This document shows, piece after piece, positions 1 to 9,590 of a stretch of DNA of 64,000 nt; position 1 is the stretch's first letter; the number at the start of each line of letters is the position of its first letter. Position numbers and translations under genes: made by a program. Under the pieces are notes generated by a model that did not search any database, had not been told where the DNA came from, and worked only from the letters and a program-made list of their open reading frames with translations. The stretch lies in assembly GCA_044376115.1 (NCBI GenBank), contig JBILLK010000004.1, positions 384,001 to 448,000 of the forward strand. The letters run 5' to 3'. The DNA is from Polyangiaceae bacterium (GTDB taxonomy: Bacteria > Myxococcota_A > Polyangia > Polyangiales > Polyangiaceae).

Positions 1-1
1 C

Positions 2-796
2 ACCGAGATCGCCGAGTGCCAAGGTCACATCTACGCCTGCGGCGACCTGCTCGACAACGACGGGGACGGCCTGCTCGACTCGCAAGACCCCGATTGCCTC
101 GGACCATGTGACAACACCGAGGACAGTTTTTTTGGTGGCATTCCCGGGCAATCGGGACCGGCCTGCAAGGTCGACTGCTACTTCGATCAAGACTCCGGCG
201 CGGGCAACGACGACTGCTATTGGAGCCACGAGTGCGACACCAACGAGATCGCGCCCAACTACTACCCTGAGCCGAACAACGGCGATCAGTGCGAATACAG
301 CGGCCCCGATACAGTGATCCCGCCGACCGGGAAAACCTGTAGCGAACTCAACGCGGCTCAGTCGGACGCCTGCCACGCTTATTGCGGGCCTCTCACGCCC
401 AACGGTTGCGACTGTTTCGGTTGTTGCGAGCTCCCCGCCGGCAGCGGCGCCTTCGTTTGGCTTGGTTCGGAGGGCGTCACCGGCAACACCGTTTGCACCA
501 TGGATTCGCTCGATGACCCCACGGTTTGTCACCCGTGCGTGCCGGTCGACGCCTGCTTCAACGACTGTGGTGAATGCGAGATCTGCATCGGCAAGCCGCT
601 CCCTGGACCCGAGTGCGGTGAGGGTGGCGGTGGCGCCGGAGGCGGTGGCGCTGGTGGCGAGCCGAGCGGCGGTGGTGGTAGTGGAGGCTCCGGACAATGT
701 CCGGACGGCGTCCAACCTTGCGGGCTTGCCGGACAATCGCCGTGCCCGGCGGGTGAGTTCTGCAACACTGGCTGCTGCTACGCGGTGCCGCAGTGA
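2..796 (+). CDS. Cys/Asp-rich secreted protein, 5'-partial
   Basis: Frame is open from base 2 (TEIAECQGHIYACGDLLDNDGDGLLDSQDPDC...) into ORF 314..796; DNDGDG Ca-binding-like motif, many Cys, Gly linker; stop overlaps next GTG. Confidence 0.8.
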   Translation, partial: TEIAECQGHIYACGDLLDNDGDGLLDSQDPDCLGPCDNTEDSFFGGIPGQSGPACKVDCYFDQDSGAGNDDCYWSHECDTNEIAPNYYPEPNNGDQCEYSGPDTVIPPTGKTCSELNAAQSDACHAYCGPLTPNGCDCFGCCELPAGSGAFVWLGSEGVTGNTVCTMDSLDDPTVCHPCVPVDACFNDCGECEICIGKPLPGPECGEGGGGAGGGGAGGEPSGGGGSGGSGQCPDGVQPCGLAGQSPCPAGEFCNTGCCYAVPQ

Positions 797-2184
797 GGCT
801 CACGCAATCGCTGTTTGCGCTGGGCGTCATGCTCTCGGGCGGCGTGCTCTCGGGCGCCTGCGGCGATGACGCTGGTTCAGGCGGATCGGGGGGCACGGGG
901 GGCGCCGCATGTGATTCGGTGCAACAGACCGGCTGCGCCGAAGGGCAAACCTGTGAAGAGGTCGAAGACGGAACCACCGGCTGTTTCGCGCCGATCTTGG
1001 TCAAAGGACGCGTCTTCGACTTCGCCACCGACGCGGGCATCGGCTCGGCACGGGTGGTGGCTCGCGATGAGAACGGAGCCTCGCTTTCGAGCGTTTCCAT
1101 CAGCGCGGCCGACGGTAGCTACGAGCTGCCGGTCCCGGCCAAGCGCACGGCCGAGGGAGTGCCGCTCTCGCGCAGCTTCACCTTGCGCGCCGATGCCGCC
1201 GACTACCAGTCGTTCCCGGCGCCGCCGCGCGTCGCGCTGCCGCTCGACCTGGCCGACAGCAGCGGTGAACCGCTGGTCTTGCAGCAGGCCAACAGCGATC
1301 TCGCGTTGATCGCGCTCGAGGATACGAGCGGGCTCGGGTCGGTGGCTGGCCAAGTGGTGGCAGAGCTACCGGGTGGAACCTTGGTCGAGGCCGGAGGCCG
1401 CACCGGCGTCGCCGATAGCGACGGGCAGTTCGTTGTGTTCAATGTGCCGGCCGGGAGTGTGGAGGTCAGCGGCTACAAGCAGGGCCTGAACCTGGACGCC
1501 GTTACCACCGACGTCACCGCGGGCGCGGAGACCGGCGGTATCACGCTCAACGCCAACGACACGCCCGCCGTCACCGTCAGCGGCAACGTGCAGATCGTCA
1601 ACGCCATGGGCGGCAGCTCAACCAGCGTGATCCTGGTGCTGGAAGACACCTTCGTCGAAGCGTTGGCGCGCGGGGAAGCTCCTCCCGGTCTGCGCGCGGC
1701 CAACGTCAGCGGCACCTTCTCGATCGATGGCGTTCCCAACGGCAAATACGTGGTGCTCGCGGCCTTCGAGAACGACGGCTTGGTGCGCGATCCCGACACC
1801 TCGATCGGCGGCACCGAGCTGGTTCGCATCGAGGTCGCCGGGCAGGATCTCGCGCTCGCCGAGAGCTTCAAAGTGACGGGTGCGCTGGCCGTTGTTTCGC
1901 CCGGCGCCAACGACATTGAGACCGTCTCCGGCCCGCTCACCCTGAGCTGGGAAGACGACTCGAGCGAGGACGAATATCTGGTGCAGGTGTTTGACGCGTT
2001 CGGCACGTTGGTCTGGGAGACCACCGGCAACTTCGACCCGGGCGGCAACAAGCCGGCGTCCGTCGCTTATGACGGCCCCGCGCTCGAACCGGCCAACCTG
2101 TACCAGTTCCGCGCGACGTCGATCAAAGACGGCGTGCCGATCTCCTCGACCGAAGACCTCAAGGGCGTTTTCCTCGTACAGTAG
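793..2184 (+). CDS. Lipoprotein with carboxypeptidase-regulatory-like (Ig-like) domains and C-terminal FN3-like domain
   Basis: Lipobox LSGAC, Gly linker, V.GRV.D...ARV and DGSYEL beta-sandwich patterns, LSW...Y...YQFR FN3-like end. Confidence 0.7.
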   Translation: MRLTQSLFALGVMLSGGVLSGACGDDAGSGGSGGTGGAACDSVQQTGCAEGQTCEEVEDGTTGCFAPILVKGRVFDFATDAGIGSARVVARDENGASLSSVSISAADGSYELPVPAKRTAEGVPLSRSFTLRADAADYQSFPAPPRVALPLDLADSSGEPLVLQQANSDLALIALEDTSGLGSVAGQVVAELPGGTLVEAGGRTGVADSDGQFVVFNVPAGSVEVSGYKQGLNLDAVTTDVTAGAETGGITLNANDTPAVTVSGNVQIVNAMGGSSTSVILVLEDTFVEALARGEAPPGLRAANVSGTFSIDGVPNGKYVVLAAFENDGLVRDPDTSIGGTELVRIEVAGQDLALAESFKVTGALAVVSPGANDIETVSGPLTLSWEDDSSEDEYLVQVFDAFGTLVWETTGNFDPGGNKPASVAYDGPALEPANLYQFRATSIKDGVPISSTEDLKGVFLVQ

Positions 2185-2191
2185 GCCGCTG

Positions 2192-2837
2192 GTGAGCAAG
2201 CCCAACGCCCCGCGTTCGAGAGCTGCGACCAGCCTCCGGTTGGTCGCGAGGCGCGGGAGCGGAGAGCCGCGAGCACGCGGAGCGTGAGCTCGCGTACGCC
2301 CTGCGCAATCGCGAGCCGCGGGCGGCTGCGCAAGCCTGGGATCGTTATGCGCTGCTGGTCCGCGGCCTCTTGTGCAAAACGCTGGGCACCACGCCGGAGC
2401 TCGAGGACCTGATGCAGGAGGTCTTTCTCACCTTGTGGAAGCGCGCCCCAACGCTGCGGGATCCTTCGGCGCTGCAGAGCTTCATCACCGGCATCACCGT
2501 GCGCGTGGCCCATGGCGAGCTGCGCCGACGCCGCATCAAACGTTGGCTCTCCTTCGGCGGAGAGGAGCTTCCCGAGGTCTTCGCCGACGACGTGGACTAC
2601 GAGGCGCGCCAAGCGCTCGCCCGGCTTTATGGGCTACTGGACAAACTGGGGCCCGATGCGCGCCTGATCTTCCTCTTGCGCCACGCCCAAGGGCTCGAGC
2701 TCACCGAGATCGCCGTCGCGCTCGACATTTCGTTGGCCGGCGTCAAACGCAAGCTGAGCAAAGTACAGCAGCGCGTTTTGCTGTTCGCGCGAAGTGACGC
2801 GGCGCTGATGGGCCTGCTGCAGCAGGAGGCACCATGA
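2192..2837 (+). CDS. ECF sigma-70 factor (apparent frameshift near 2249)
   Basis: Region 2 EDLMQEVFLTLW, region 4 LELTEIAVALDISLAGVKRKL; frame continues upstream of 2370 (ERELAYALRNREPRAAAQAWDRY) with no ATG/GTG/TTG; GTG 2192 in another frame gives MSKPNAPRSRAATSLRLV. Confidence 0.85.
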
Positions 2838-4090
2838 GCGAGTCTTCGCCCAAGCTGCGGGACAGTGAAGTGATCGCTCGGGTCGGTCGCTTGGCCGAAC
2901 GCGTGAGCGAACAAGCGCCTGAGCCCGGCGAGCTGCAACGCGGTCGCGCAGCGCTGCTGGCCAAGGTGCAAGCCGCGCCCGCGCGCATGCCGCGCTGGTC
3001 GCTCGCGCTGCCGGTGCTCGCCGCTGCGCTGACGGTGATTGGCTGGTTTGCGTGGCCACGCAGCGTGGTTGGCTATGACGTCAGCGGCGCCGCCGTCGCC
3101 GAGAGCGGCTTCGTGCAGGCCTCTACATCGAACGCCGCGCACATCCAATTCGAGGACGGCAGCGCAATCGAGCTCGAGCCGCAGACGCGGCTGCGGGTCA
3201 GTCAGCAGCGCGCGCGCGGCGCCAGCATCCAGCTCGAGAAAGGTCGCATCGAGGTCGCTGTCGCGGCAACCGAGGGTGGCGCCGACTACATCTTCGAAGC
3301 GGGCCCTTATCGCGTGCTGGTGGTGGGAACGGCCTTCGATCTGAGCTGGGATCCCGAGCGCGGAGTGGCCGTCTTGTCGATGAAGGAGGGTGAAGTCAGC
3401 GTGCTCGGCCCACGCCTCGAGAGCGGATTTATTTTGCGCGCAGGCCAACGCCTAGAGCTCGCTCCGGAGGAGGTACGGCTGAGCGATCGGACCGACATCA
3501 CGGCGAGTTACGCAGCGAACGCTGCGCCGAACGAAGCGGTCGAGACGGCATCGCTCGCGGACTCCCGCGGGGCCCAAAGCGCGCGACAGCTCGCTTCGGT
3601 CGCGAGCGCGCCCACCGCCCGCACGCGCTCCTGGGCCGAACACGTCGCGGCTGGCGACTACGAGGCGGTGCTCGCCGAGGTGGACGGTCGCGGCGAGAGT
3701 TCGGTGCTGGCGAGCGCGTCGGTGGGCGATCTAATGATGCTGGCGGATGCGGCCCGCTATGGCGCGAGGCCGGCCCTGGCAGCGTCGGCGCTCCGCGCGG
3801 TGCGCGCTCGTTTCGCCGGAACCAAGTCTGCGGCGACGTCGGCGTTCCTGCTCGGTCGCATGGCCGAAGACGGAGGCCGCGCTAGCGAGGCCCTTTCGCT
3901 TTATGAGGCCGCGCTCGCCGAGGGTTCACCGTTTTCCGCCGAGGCGCTCGGTCGCAGCATGCTGATCGAAAACAAGCGCAACAAACCGCGGGCGCAGCAA
4001 CTGGCCGATCGCTATCTTGCGAGCCATCCCAAAGGAGCATACGCGGACGTTGCAAAAGCGATCGTTGGGCAGCCCGCCAAAGCGAACTAG
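2834..4090 (+). CDS. FecR-domain anti-sigma factor with C-terminal TPR-like domain
   Basis: ATGA overlap with ECF; single TM; FEDGSAIELEPQTRL and V.VVGTAFDLSW FecR motifs; helical C-terminus ending YLASHPKG. Confidence 0.85.
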   Translation: MSESSPKLRDSEVIARVGRLAERVSEQAPEPGELQRGRAALLAKVQAAPARMPRWSLALPVLAAALTVIGWFAWPRSVVGYDVSGAAVAESGFVQASTSNAAHIQFEDGSAIELEPQTRLRVSQQRARGASIQLEKGRIEVAVAATEGGADYIFEAGPYRVLVVGTAFDLSWDPERGVAVLSMKEGEVSVLGPRLESGFILRAGQRLELAPEEVRLSDRTDITASYAANAAPNEAVETASLADSRGAQSARQLASVASAPTARTRSWAEHVAAGDYEAVLAEVDGRGESSVLASASVGDLMMLADAARYGARPALAASALRAVRARFAGTKSAATSAFLLGRMAEDGGRASEALSLYEAALAEGSPFSAEALGRSMLIENKRNKPRAQQLADRYLASHPKGAYADVAKAIVGQPAKAN

Positions 4091-5141
4091 TCGACCGGCC
4101 CAGCTGCTCGGGCTGTTCGCGTTGCTGGTGCCACAGTCGCTGGCCGCGCAAGAGCGCCAATCGGCGCAAGAGAGCCGTCCAGCGCAGCGCGCCGACTCGG
4201 TCGGGAACACCACCGTCGTGCTGGTGCAACAGCCGGCGCCCTCGCTCTTTCTCAAGGAGGCGGTGAGCCGCTTGGAGGGCGAACTTCGTTCCTCCGGCTT
4301 CCGCGTGGTGCGCGTCACCAAGAGCACCGAGGAGAGCCGCGTCGCGCTCGAACGCGCAGTCGCGACAACCGGCGCGCAGGCCGGCATCTACCTCGAGCGC
4401 GTCGATGATCGCGCGCGCGCCGAGGTCTGGGTGACCGACACCCTGACCGGTAAAGTCAGCATTCGGCCGCTCGATGCCGGGGATTCGCCTGCGGTGCTCG
4501 CGGTGCGCGCGGTGGAGCTCTTGCGCGCCAGCCTGCTCGAGCTCGAACCGGCGAATACTCCGAGCAACGTGGCCCGTGAACCGATCGAACGGCTGATCGC
4601 ACCGCACGATGAAGCGCGCAGCCTGCGTTCGAATGTGGGGGTCGAGGGCTCCTTCGTGGTCGCGCTCCACCCGGAGGTCGGCGCGGTCGCGCTGGCCCCT
4701 GCCCTGCGGGCTTTCGTCAGCAGCAGCAGCGGGCTCGGTGCGCGAATAAGCCTCGTTCTGCCGATGCTGGGCGCCTCGATCGAAGTCGAGCTCGGGCTGG
4801 CCAAACTTTCGAGCGAGCTGTTCCTAGCCGAGTTCGTGTACACGGCGCCGATTTCACCGTGGTTCAATTTGACCGCGGCGGTTGGGCTGGGCGGCCTACA
4901 TCTGCGAGCCAGCGGCGAGCTCGAAGACCCAACACGCGAGCGCTCCGAGTCGCTCGGCAGCTTCGTGATCGCGCCCAGCGTCGGCATCGTCGCGCGAGTG
5001 GCCGAGCACTTCGCCCTCACCGCCGAGTTCTCACCCACCTTTCTCCTTCCGACGCTCACGATCGACATGGGCCCAGAGCGGCTGGGCACGCTCGGGCTGC
5101 CGATGCTGCAGGCCTCTCACGGTGTGCTCGTTACCTTCTGA
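4065..5141 (+). CDS. Putative outer-membrane beta-barrel protein (start uncertain)
   Basis: Signal-like segment, alternating beta strands, terminal Phe; follows ECF-FecR pair. Confidence 0.6.
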   Translation: MGSPPKRTSRPAQLLGLFALLVPQSLAAQERQSAQESRPAQRADSVGNTTVVLVQQPAPSLFLKEAVSRLEGELRSSGFRVVRVTKSTEESRVALERAVATTGAQAGIYLERVDDRARAEVWVTDTLTGKVSIRPLDAGDSPAVLAVRAVELLRASLLELEPANTPSNVAREPIERLIAPHDEARSLRSNVGVEGSFVVALHPEVGAVALAPALRAFVSSSSGLGARISLVLPMLGASIEVELGLAKLSSELFLAEFVYTAPISPWFNLTAAVGLGGLHLRASGELEDPTRERSESLGSFVIAPSVGIVARVAEHFALTAEFSPTFLLPTLTIDMGPERLGTLGLPMLQASHGVLVTF

Positions 5142-5171
5142 GCGACACTGGAACGAGTACCGCGCGCGAAC

Positions 5172-6071
5172 TCAGCGCACGAGCGCGCGACCAAAGGCCG
5201 CGAGGCTGCGCATGCCATCGCAATAAACCGCGTGCGGTAAGCGCGTGCGCAACGCGGGCCGCAAGGCGCGCCCACCGAGCACCAGAGCCGCTCCTTCTGC
5301 GCGTGCAGCTCGCTCCAAAACCTCAACCTCGTTCACCAGCGCGCTCTCGTCAGCGACAGCGCCCACCGTCAGCCAAACCAGCTTCGGCTTGAGGTTGTGC
5401 ACGGCCGCAACCAGCGTCGAGGCTGGCAGCGCGACCCCCAGCGAGCGTGCGTCCAGCCCTTGGTGACGCAGCGTGGCCTCCGCCATCAAGGTCGGCAGCG
5501 CGTACGGATCACCCAGCAACGTTCCGCCCACCGCTTTGACTGGACGCCGCGAGAGCCGCGGAGCCAGCTGACTGAGATCAACCAGCGCGCGCGCCGCCAA
5601 CTCACACGCACGCCGCTCCTCGTAAATCTCCAGATCACCGCCGGCCCACGCTTCACCCAGGTCCGCGAAGGCCGGCATGATCAGCCCGTCACAAAGCTCC
5701 TCCACCGAGCGGCCCGCGGCCATCAAGCCGGTGAGAAACTGCGAGACCGCGCTCTCTTCGCCCGCGACCAAGAGCCGCATCAAGCGCGTGCGCAGATCGA
5801 GCTCGCTGGTGCTCCCCTGAGACTCCACCAAGCCCAGCTCCGCCGGCGCCACCACCCGATGCCCGTGCGCGCGTGCAAACGCCAACACGGCCGAGGCCGG
5901 CAAGCGCCGATGCCCACCAGCGGTGAGCGCAAATTCGAGATGGCCCTGGTCACACCAGCGTTTGAGCGAAGACTCACTCACGCCCAGCGCGCGGGCCACC
6001 GCGCCCGGGGAGAAGCCTGACCGCGCGGACGCTTTGACCGTTTTGGATGGTTGCGCGCTTGGAGTTTTCAC
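5172..6071 (-). CDS. MerR-type HTH regulator with B12-binding-like domains (CarH/CarA-like, atypical)
   Basis: FSPGAVARALGVSESSLKRW...TAGGHRR HTH; LGEAWAGGDLEIYEER helical bundle; Rossmann domain with SLG, LVWLT and LGGRA. Confidence 0.85.
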   Translation of the reverse strand: MKTPSAQPSKTVKASARSGFSPGAVARALGVSESSLKRWCDQGHLEFALTAGGHRRLPASAVLAFARAHGHRVVAPAELGLVESQGSTSELDLRTRLMRLLVAGEESAVSQFLTGLMAAGRSVEELCDGLIMPAFADLGEAWAGGDLEIYEERRACELAARALVDLSQLAPRLSRRPVKAVGGTLLGDPYALPTLMAEATLRHQGLDARSLGVALPASTLVAAVHNLKPKLVWLTVGAVADESALVNEVEVLERAARAEGAALVLGGRALRPALRTRLPHAVYCDGMRSLAAFGRALVR

Positions 6072-6121
6072 GATTACGGCAATCAATATTGCGCAATGCC
6101 AAAGCTAGCGCTACATCCAAA

Positions 6122-6162
6122 TGAACGTTTTGAACGTTTTTGTTGCAACCTTCGGTTGAACG
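6122..6162. promoter_or_regulatory. Tandem 9-bp direct repeats TGAACGTTT x2 plus TTGAACG; candidate operator
   Basis: TGAACGTTT at 6122-6130 and 6131-6139 in the AT-rich divergent intergenic region. Confidence 0.5.
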
Positions 6163-6171
6163 GAGCCGCCC

Positions 6172-7488
6172 ATGTGGTCACGATCCAAAGAAGTCTTCGC
6201 ACTGGCGGCTGGCGTGGCCGGTCATGAACTCAAGCGCTCGATCAGCTCGCGGCTCACTTGGTCGGCGGAGCGGCTGGCTCAAACCGAGGTGGCCACGCGC
6301 ATCGCGCAGGCGACGCTGATGGCCGAGAGCCTGGGCCGGCTCAAAGGGGCCTTCATGAAGGCCGGGCAACTCCTGTCGATCGACGCGAGCGACCTGCTGC
6401 CGCCGGAGGCGCAGAAGGTCCTCGCCTCGCTGCAGGGCGAGGCCGAGCCGATCGACTTTGCGAGCCTGCGCGCGGTGCTGGTGGAGGATCTCGGGGAGGA
6501 GCGGCTTGCCGAGCTGGGCGCGCTCGAGGAGAAGGCCGCCGCCTGCGCCAGCATCGGCCAGGTGCACCGCGCCACCGTGCACGGGCTCCCAGTAGCGGTG
6601 AAGATTCAGTACCCCGGTATCCGTGAGAGCATCGATTCGGATCTCGAGCTCGTGCACAAGCTCGCCAAGAGCTGGCTCGCCGTGAGCCGCCGCCCGATCG
6701 ATTTGCAGGGCACCTTCGAGGAGCTGAAGAACATCCTTCACCTGGAGGCGGACTACGCGCGGGAACGGCAATTCCTCGAGAAATTCGGAGAGCTCTTGGC
6801 CGACGACGGGCGCTTCATCGTGCCGCAGTCCTTCCCGCGGCTGAGCTCAGGGCGCGTGCTCACGATGACCTGGGAAGACGGCGTTCCGCTCGGCGCGTGG
6901 ATCGCTCGTAGTCCGGCGCGGGCGGAGAAGCAGCGCGTGGCCGAGGCGCTCTTGGACCTTTATTGCAAAGAGTTCTTCGAGTGGGGCCTGGTGCAGACCG
7001 ACCCGAACTTCGGCAACTTCCTGATCCGCGAAGGCGCACGGGAGATCGTGCTCTTGGACTTCGGTGCGACCGTCGTTTACGAAGACGCCTTCCGGCGGCA
7101 ATACGTGGAGCTTCTGCGCGCGATGTCGAGCGGCAATGACGCCATCATCCTCGAGGTTGGGATCGAGAACGGCCTGCTGGACGCACGTGAAGACGCCGAC
7201 GCACGCAAGCTGTTCATCGCCATGATGCGCGTCTCGCTGGAGCCGTTCGAGGCCCGCCGCCAACCCTTCGCCTTCGCCGACGCCGACTACGCCGCGCGCT
7301 CGCGTGAGGTGGTGATGAACTTCACCGAGAAGCTCCGCTTCTCCCCGCCGCCTCGCAAGTTGCTGTTCCTGCATCGCAAGCTCGGCGGGCTGTTCCAACT
7401 GCTCAAGCGCCTGGACGTTTCGCTGGATTTAAGCCCCTATTGGGAGCGTATGGTGGAGCGGCGCGCTGTGGTAACGGCCGCCCAGTGA
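6172..7488 (+). CDS. ABC1/AarF/UbiB family atypical kinase
   Basis: KAGQLLS, ACASIGQVHRA, VAVKIQYPG, QTDPNFGN and LLDFG motifs. Confidence 0.93.
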   Translation: MWSRSKEVFALAAGVAGHELKRSISSRLTWSAERLAQTEVATRIAQATLMAESLGRLKGAFMKAGQLLSIDASDLLPPEAQKVLASLQGEAEPIDFASLRAVLVEDLGEERLAELGALEEKAAACASIGQVHRATVHGLPVAVKIQYPGIRESIDSDLELVHKLAKSWLAVSRRPIDLQGTFEELKNILHLEADYARERQFLEKFGELLADDGRFIVPQSFPRLSSGRVLTMTWEDGVPLGAWIARSPARAEKQRVAEALLDLYCKEFFEWGLVQTDPNFGNFLIREGAREIVLLDFGATVVYEDAFRRQYVELLRAMSSGNDAIILEVGIENGLLDAREDADARKLFIAMMRVSLEPFEARRQPFAFADADYAARSREVVMNFTEKLRFSPPPRKLLFLHRKLGGLFQLLKRLDVSLDLSPYWERMVERRAVVTAAQ

Positions 7489-7928
7489 AGCGCAACCTGC
7501 CTTACTTCATCGGCCCGCCCCTCGTGCTGCTGCTCGGCATTCTGAGCGGGACCTCAAGCGGCCCTGGCGAGTGGTACGCCACGCTGCAGAAGCCCTGGTT
7601 CACTCCGCCGAGTTGGGCCTTTGGCCCGGTGTGGACGGTGCTCTATCTGACAATCGGCTGGGTCGGTGCCCGCAAGTGGCTGTACGGCGGCCGACGCGGC
7701 TTGTGGGCTTTCCAAATGCTGCTCAACTTCGCCTGGTCCCCCATCTTCTTCGGCGCGCAGGCGCCTGTGCCGGCGCTAGGAGTGATCGGCGCGATGTGGC
7801 TCAGCATCGCAGCCTTCATCGGTCTCGAGTGGAAGGCCGACGCGCTCTCCGCGCGGCTGTTCCTGCCCTACTTGTTGTGGGTGAGCATCGCCACCTCATT
7901 GAACCTGGCGATCGTCGTATTGAATTAG
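7485..7928 (+). CDS. tspO: TspO/MBR tryptophan-rich sensory protein
   Basis: WYATLQKPWFTPPSWAFGPVWTVLY, LNFAWSPIFF, LPYLLW; GTG overlaps upstream TGA. Confidence 0.93.
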   Translation: MKRNLPYFIGPPLVLLLGILSGTSSGPGEWYATLQKPWFTPPSWAFGPVWTVLYLTIGWVGARKWLYGGRRGLWAFQMLLNFAWSPIFFGAQAPVPALGVIGAMWLSIAAFIGLEWKADALSARLFLPYLLWVSIATSLNLAIVVLN

Positions 7929-7955
7929 CGAAGCTCAGCCGAGCAGGCCACAGGC

Positions 7956-9585
7956 TCAAGGCACCGGCGTGAACGCAGTCGGGGTTGGGCTGAAGGTCAG
8001 GAACGTTCGCTCGTTGTTTGCTTGGTAAAGCGTCCCATTCCAGTTGAGGTCAGCGTAGAAGTGCCCGAACACGAGGTCTCCGCAGGCGGTGGGTAAGGCT
8101 TGAAGGAAGGCGTCGCTGTTACCAGAAGACAAGGGTGGATAATCCACGACGCCGTCGAGTACGCCATCGGCCGAATAGTGCATTAGCAACGAGTCAACCT
8201 CGGGAGTGGAATGGGGAAGCCCGTTGACGTACGAGGTCGTCATAGGCTGGCGGTGGGTATGGCCGAGGAGGTAGCCGCCGCCATGCGGTGCCATCGAGGT
8301 TACGTCGAAAGAGAAACTGAAGCCGGCCGCTACCTCATTGGCCGTTACCCAGCTAACGCCTAGATCGTCCTCCACCTTGGCGAGGAAGCTCGCGTGGCGC
8401 CCGCCAACGATTGTCGGTCCAGGTCCGCCGAAGAAGTTCGTATCGGATGCCCCAGCCTCGACCTTGGCGTAGATCACCAAGCCGTCTTCGGCCTGCAGCA
8501 TCGAGAGCGCCTCATGAGCACGCCCGGAGAAACCGAACGCGCGCGCCCGGGGCAGTTCAATGGGCGGCGCCTTATCGAACTTGACCAAGAAGGGCGTAGG
8601 CGTGGAAACGTAGCTCAGTGGATCGATAGTTGGCCCGAAGTCGGGCGGGGCGAGCATGTATTCGCCGTAGACGAAGCGTGCCTCGGGCTTGTCCACCACG
8701 CCGGTCACCCGGCCGGTGCCGGGCCACGCAGAGGTCGTATCGACCTGCCCCGTTGCGGTATCCAGCTCGGCCAGGAACAGGAACGGCCCCGTGGAACCGC
8801 TTGAAAGCTGGCTGTCCCCCAATGTAACGGGCCCCGAGGCGTAGCCGCCCAGCAGCAAGCGGTCCGCCTCGGCTACAACGACGTTGATCTCGGTGCTGAA
8901 CTCGCCCACCAGATGGGAGGTCCATTGGATGGCCCCGGCCGCGTCGAGCTTGACCAGGGCCGAGTGGAAGTTGGGACTGGGCCCGATGAAGCTGACGCTG
9001 TCCAACTTCATGACGTCGAAGCTGCTCACCACAAAAACGAGCCCACCGTCCTCGGTTGGGGTCAGCTGCTGAAGATTGGTGTAGGCGCCAACGCCGTGAA
9101 GGTGATGCTGCCAAAGGGCTTCTTCTCCGCTCGGGGCCAACCCAAGCAAAAAGAAGTTGTATTCACCGTCCACCGACGGCATCGGCGAGCTGAGCAGGTT
9201 GATCGAACCGCTGAAGTCCCCGGCGAGCGCGATCACCCCGCTCTCTGGTACGTAAGCCGCCGCCGCTGCGCGCATGAACTGGTCAGCGCCGAGCACGCTG
9301 ACGAACTCGCTCGGACATACTGGGGCGCCGCCGGAGCCACCGTATCCGCCGTAACCGCCGTGGCCGCCGCTGCCACCTTGGGCCCCAGCACCGCCCTGGC
9401 CGCCGCCAGCCGAGTTGCCCCCGCTTCCGCCGCCAGCGCTGCTCGAGCTACCTCCGGTCGAGCTGTTGCCCGCGCTCTGTGAGAACGTCTGTGTCGAAGA
9501 TCAGCCCGCAACCGCTAGCGAGACCAACCCACAAGGCTCCGAAAGTCATGGCGAGCAATCGATTGCCACTGTGCAAGGTCAGCAT
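7956..9585 (-). CDS. Lipoprotein with Gly linker and beta-propeller-like domain (apparent frameshift at about 9486)
   Basis: ATG 9585 gives MLTLHSGNRLLAMTFGALWVGLASGCGLIFDTD; a +1 shift joins the Gly-rich linker and ORF 7956..9296 with repeated F(L/V)xKL...W patterns. Confidence 0.7.
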
Positions 9586-9590
9586 CGCGG

